Below are positions 59,823 through 64,000 of a stretch of DNA of 64,000 bases, piece after piece. The translations under genes and the position numbers were made by a program. The stretch lies in the NCBI RefSeq assembly GCF_009914755.1, contig NC_060928.1. The stretch is one strand, 5' to 3'. The notes below the pieces were generated by a model, which did no database searches, was not told the origin of the DNA, and was given only the letters and a program-made list of their open reading frames with translations. Positions within the stretch are counted from its first letter, which is position 1. Every line of letters starts with the position of its first letter. This DNA is from the human T2T-CHM13v2.0 reference genome, Homo sapiens.

Positions 59823-59937
59823 AAAATAAAGTTACTGTATATCTTATAATATATACTTTTTGTTTCCATTTTTTAAAATGTTATAATCAATCAAGTTCTA
59901 CATTCCACTCGTGATGATATTCTCTAAGAATTGCTAG

Positions 59938-60183
59938 TAGAAAAAATGAATAAAACTTAGAATTTGATAGCACAACAGAGGACTAAAGTTAATAATAACA
60001 TAATTGTACATTTAAAAATAATGAAAAGAGCATAATTGGATTGTTTGTAACACACAAAAAAATGCTTGAGGGGATGGATACCCCACTCTCCATGATGTGA
60101 TTATTATGCATTGCATGCCTTTGTCAAAACATCTCCTGTACCCCATAAATATGTACACTAACTACAAAAATTAAAAATTAAAA
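59938..60183 (+). mobile_element. L1MA (L1MA2-like) 3' end
   Basis: tttgatagcacaacag ... gcttgagggatggatacccc ... aaaaattaaaaattaaaaa; flanking attgcta repeat as a likely TSD. Confidence 0.85.
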
Positions 60184-61170
60184 ACATTGCTAAATGTTAC
60201 ATGTATTTGTGTAAGTGAGGCCTTGTTCCTGGAATTAATTATTTTAAAAAGAAAGAATTCTGTGCCAGTGTAAATAGCAAATAAAAAATTGTTAAATTCG
60301 TACATTTTGAATAAGGTATGTGAATCACTCCTGTTCATATCCTTCAAATTTCTGATTTGCAAGAATAAACTACTCAACACATTATTATGCAAAATATATG
60401 TTTTACATACTATATAAACATCCTACTTTCTGTTTATATATATATATACACACACATATATTCTACCGTAGAATATATACTAATATATATTAATTCTACT
60501 ATAGAAACAATCAACTGACAATTTCTTACTACAAGTAAAATTACAACTTTAAATAAATTATACCAAGTTTTTGTGGCTGCTTTTAAAAATTGGAAGAGAT
60601 TTTCTTGTAAATTTTGTGCTTTCTAATGCTTATGACATGATAATGCCAGCATGTAACATATTGGTAGGGTAAAGCTAATACGAATTTATACTCAATATAT
60701 TTTGCCTCCGTCACACTTTATATGTGTCTAAAAAGTAAGCCTTATGAAGTGATGCCTTTCTTGTGGAGTGTCATTACGTTATCACTAATTGATTATACAT
60801 AGTTTTGCCTTGAATTTCTAGGGCGAGTTCACGTGAGTGCTGTGGTAACTAATACTTGTTATCACCTTATTATGTACTGCATTTAGTGTTCCCAGTGTAC
60901 TAGTGTTTGTTTTTAATGTAGTCAGTTAAGGGTTACTTATCATACATTTCTGAATAGTCTAAGTAAAAAGACCAAAATAAGAGGTTTTGAAAAGCAATTT
61001 GCCTCTCAGTTATAATGACTGAGAATATTAAATAATTAATATAGAATGAACTGATAGATACTATTTGTTTATCAAAGCCTTTTTTCCAAAGTAAAATCAT
61101 TTAAAGATGGATAAAATGTGATTGTCACTAAAGTATTAACATTGATCTCTTCATTTCTCTGCCTTAAATT

Positions 61171-61216
61171 TATCTATGTATCTATGTATCTTATCTATGT
61201 ATCTATCTATCATCTG

Positions 61217-61261
<45 letters not shown>

Positions 61262-61280
61262 ATCTAACCATCTATCTATG
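61171..61280. repeat. (TCTA)n compound STR
   Basis: Direct reading; about 11 uninterrupted units near 61217-61260. Confidence 0.95.
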
Positions 61281-62149
61281 CCATTCTTACAGTCTAAATT
61301 TATTTGGACTTTTTCAGTATTCCACTTTAGAATGGCAAAAGTTCAAAAGTTTTTATCATCTAGTGCCCAACATAAAATTAGTATAACACTGAGTATAGTG
61401 AGGAATCACTTTTAAAAGATAATTCCATCAATATTATTTGCATTTCAGCAAGAATTTTAAAACAAGATTTCATGTTGAATACCAGCCTGATATACTAAGC
61501 TGTATCGGGGTCAAGTAAATGCCACTGCATTTAAAAAATGAACACGTAGTTGGAGAACAATGTTTCTGTAAGCTAGTCAGTAAAATAATCAGAACTCATT
61601 AAAGCTAAGTCATGATGAATTTAATATTTGAACCGTGAATATATATAAGTATTCTGGGAAGAAAATATGACTCAAGTGAAGAAAGAAAACTTACTTTTAA
61701 CATTTGATTTTTTTTGCATTATTTTTATTTTTTATTGTGAATATGCATTTATGGTAAATTAACTTTTAAAAAAGATTCATAGATATAGGAATTTTAAAAA
61801 TGGAAGTCTGAATGTGAGTCCATACGGCATTCTCCCCTTGTGTTTCATGAAAAACATTATCAAATAATTTTAAACAAATAGAGCATTGTTTATAAGACTT
61901 GAGAGACAATAATTTAAATGGAAAGAAGAATGATAAATCCTCAGAATAATCAAAGGAAATCATAATAATGCTTTGAACAGAAAACATAGGAAAGCAGTTA
62001 GGGAAATGATAAAAATATATTAACTCCTAAAATAGATTATGTCTAATAACACAAAAAGGATTCAATAATAGTTGAAATGTACTGTTGATTTTAAGATAGA
62101 AAAGGGTATAGCTTGTAATAGACAAAGATTGAGTTTGAATTAAACAATT

Positions 62150-62700
62150 CCTAATGAACAGTGAAAACAATAATAAATAATTCATACAATTAAACTTGTA
62201 CTGCAAAATATTAATATAAAATGACAAAATGAGACTTAAATAGATAGTAAATCATTAAGACATTCCAGGATACAGAAAATTAAACAACAAGATAAAAATA
62301 CTTCAAGAGGATCTACTTTAAAGTTAGAGATCCAAGATGTGTGTAAGTTCTCTCATGAACAGAAAAAACTGATGGAGAATCGAAAAAGGTAATACTAGAA
62401 CTAATTTCCTCAGGGTAGAAGTCCTAAGATTTGCAATTGAGCCAGCTCATCACAGCCAAAAATCAACATTGAGGCATTTTCATATGCTTTAAAAATTGTG
62501 TGAAACTAAAATGTATTTAATTTTTAAAGCAATACAGAATTAGGACTGATTTGACTGTTTTCCTTAATTTAGAAAAACTGCAGAGAAATTGAACTGATAT
62601 GAAACAATCATAGATAAAATATATTTCCAGTATCACGGACATACATTGCAATCCTTCTCAAGCCTAAGTTTTAAGACATATTTGAAATTAAATTCAAACT
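62150..62700 (+). mobile_element. Ancient L1M ORF1 remnant
   Basis: agagatccaagat, aactaatttcctcaggg, caattgagccagctcatcac. Confidence 0.4.
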
Positions 62701-63504
62701 ATGAAATCTAATGTCTAAGGAAAGTATTGTTCTGTTTGCTGTTAATCTTAAAACAAACTAGATAAACTAAACTACTGACAATGTAAATGAATGAGAATTC
62801 CAATGAATAATACACAAGTGATCAACGGTGAGAAAACATTAGGAAAATAACACAATACATTAGCTTTGGAAATCTAAAACATTGAGTTCTAGCATATATT
62901 AGATTTGGAATTCAAGCTGCTATTGTTTTCCTTCTTAAAATTTAAACAAAACTGATAATGATTTGATCAGATGCAAAGACAAATACTTAATTTAATATTT
63001 TATTTTGACCTTATTATTAAATATCACGTAATGTGCTTATGTTTTGTACAATTATTTAAGCATTTTTTTTATGATAAGGTTACTTTTTTATGATAAAGGA
63101 TAAAATAATTTTACAGTAAAACAAAAGCATTTAACACTGTTGCGGTGAATGTTACCATTTTTGAATCTTGGGAATGCAGGTTCATATGCAAGAAGTTACC
63201 AAGAAAAGTAGCTAACTTGATGAGTAGGGAGCTGTTAGTGGAGTAACAAGATTGGCAAATAAGTGATTTTTTTTCAACAAATGTTGGATATTCTATAATA
63301 TGTTATAAATTTCAAATATTGAATATGTATTTATTAACATCAATTAGTCACAGTCTATACATTAAAGTATAATAATGCATTATTAAAGTATATTAAGAAT
63401 AACTTTTCAGAGTGAATTTTTTTATCACTATATGAGAAATTCTGTCCTAAACACTTTAGATGAATATATTCTTTTATTACACCAAACAGCAAAGTAAAAT
63501 GGAT

Positions 63505-63650
63505 AGGATTATACATTTTACAGATGAGGAAGCTGAGACACAAAAAACCTAAGAAAATTTTGCTAGTATTAATTAATTGGAATGTGGTAGAAGCTCATAT
63601 TTTAGCCAGGGACACTGACTCCAGTGTCTTGAATATTAACTACTTTGCTA
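63505..63650 (-). mobile_element. MIR
   Basis: MIR core cattttacagatgaggaagctgagac ... ctgactccag. Confidence 0.8.
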
Positions 63651-64000
63651 GATAGATTTCAAAACTAGTGAGATAATGTTTAACAGTTGGTATAAGGATT
63701 TATTCCTACGGTTACTGAAATTGGTATGATACTCTGGCAACACCCCTACCATTAATAACATAAAAATTTATTTAAATTGCCTCTATATTATAAAGCAATA
63801 TTTCTTTCAGTGGAATTTATTTTTAGTAAATGACTATTTAAAAATTTACATGTATAAAAGGTAAAAATTTTTATGGAAAATTAGAAATGACCTGAGTTCC
63901 TTCTTTAGAAAAAGGGCATGTCTACTTTATGAACTATAATGTACTCATAATAAATGTGAGAATTTTTCAGCAGCAAATTAACTTGCTACCAAAAAGGAAA

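Overview
AT-rich, repeat-dense primate genomic DNA (AluJ/S/Y, L1PA, THE1/MST and MER52 elements point to a catarrhine, human-like genome), consistent with a gene desert or a large intron. I see no intact protein-coding gene, RNA gene or CpG island. Every recognisable ORF in the track comes from decayed L1, ERV-L, Alu or LTR sequence, or from microsatellites. Main structures: (1) a near-complete ERV-L provirus on the minus strand (16.6-25.0 kb) carrying nested MST, MER52 and THE1 LTRs with readable target-site duplications (TSDs); (2) an L1 cluster at 28-48 kb, including an internally deleted minus-strand L1PA inserted into an older L1, and a head-to-head, near-full-length plus-strand L1PA whose 3' end is fused to an Alu remnant; (3) old L2/MIR/L1M background. 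The most unusual non-TE structure is a near-perfect 66-bp inverted duplication enclosing a TA/CA microsatellite with nested palindromes at 5.8-6.2 kb. I found no convincing previously undescribed biological system. Subfamily names are from recalled consensus sequences and need RepeatMasker/Dfam confirmation; boundaries of old repeats are approximate.
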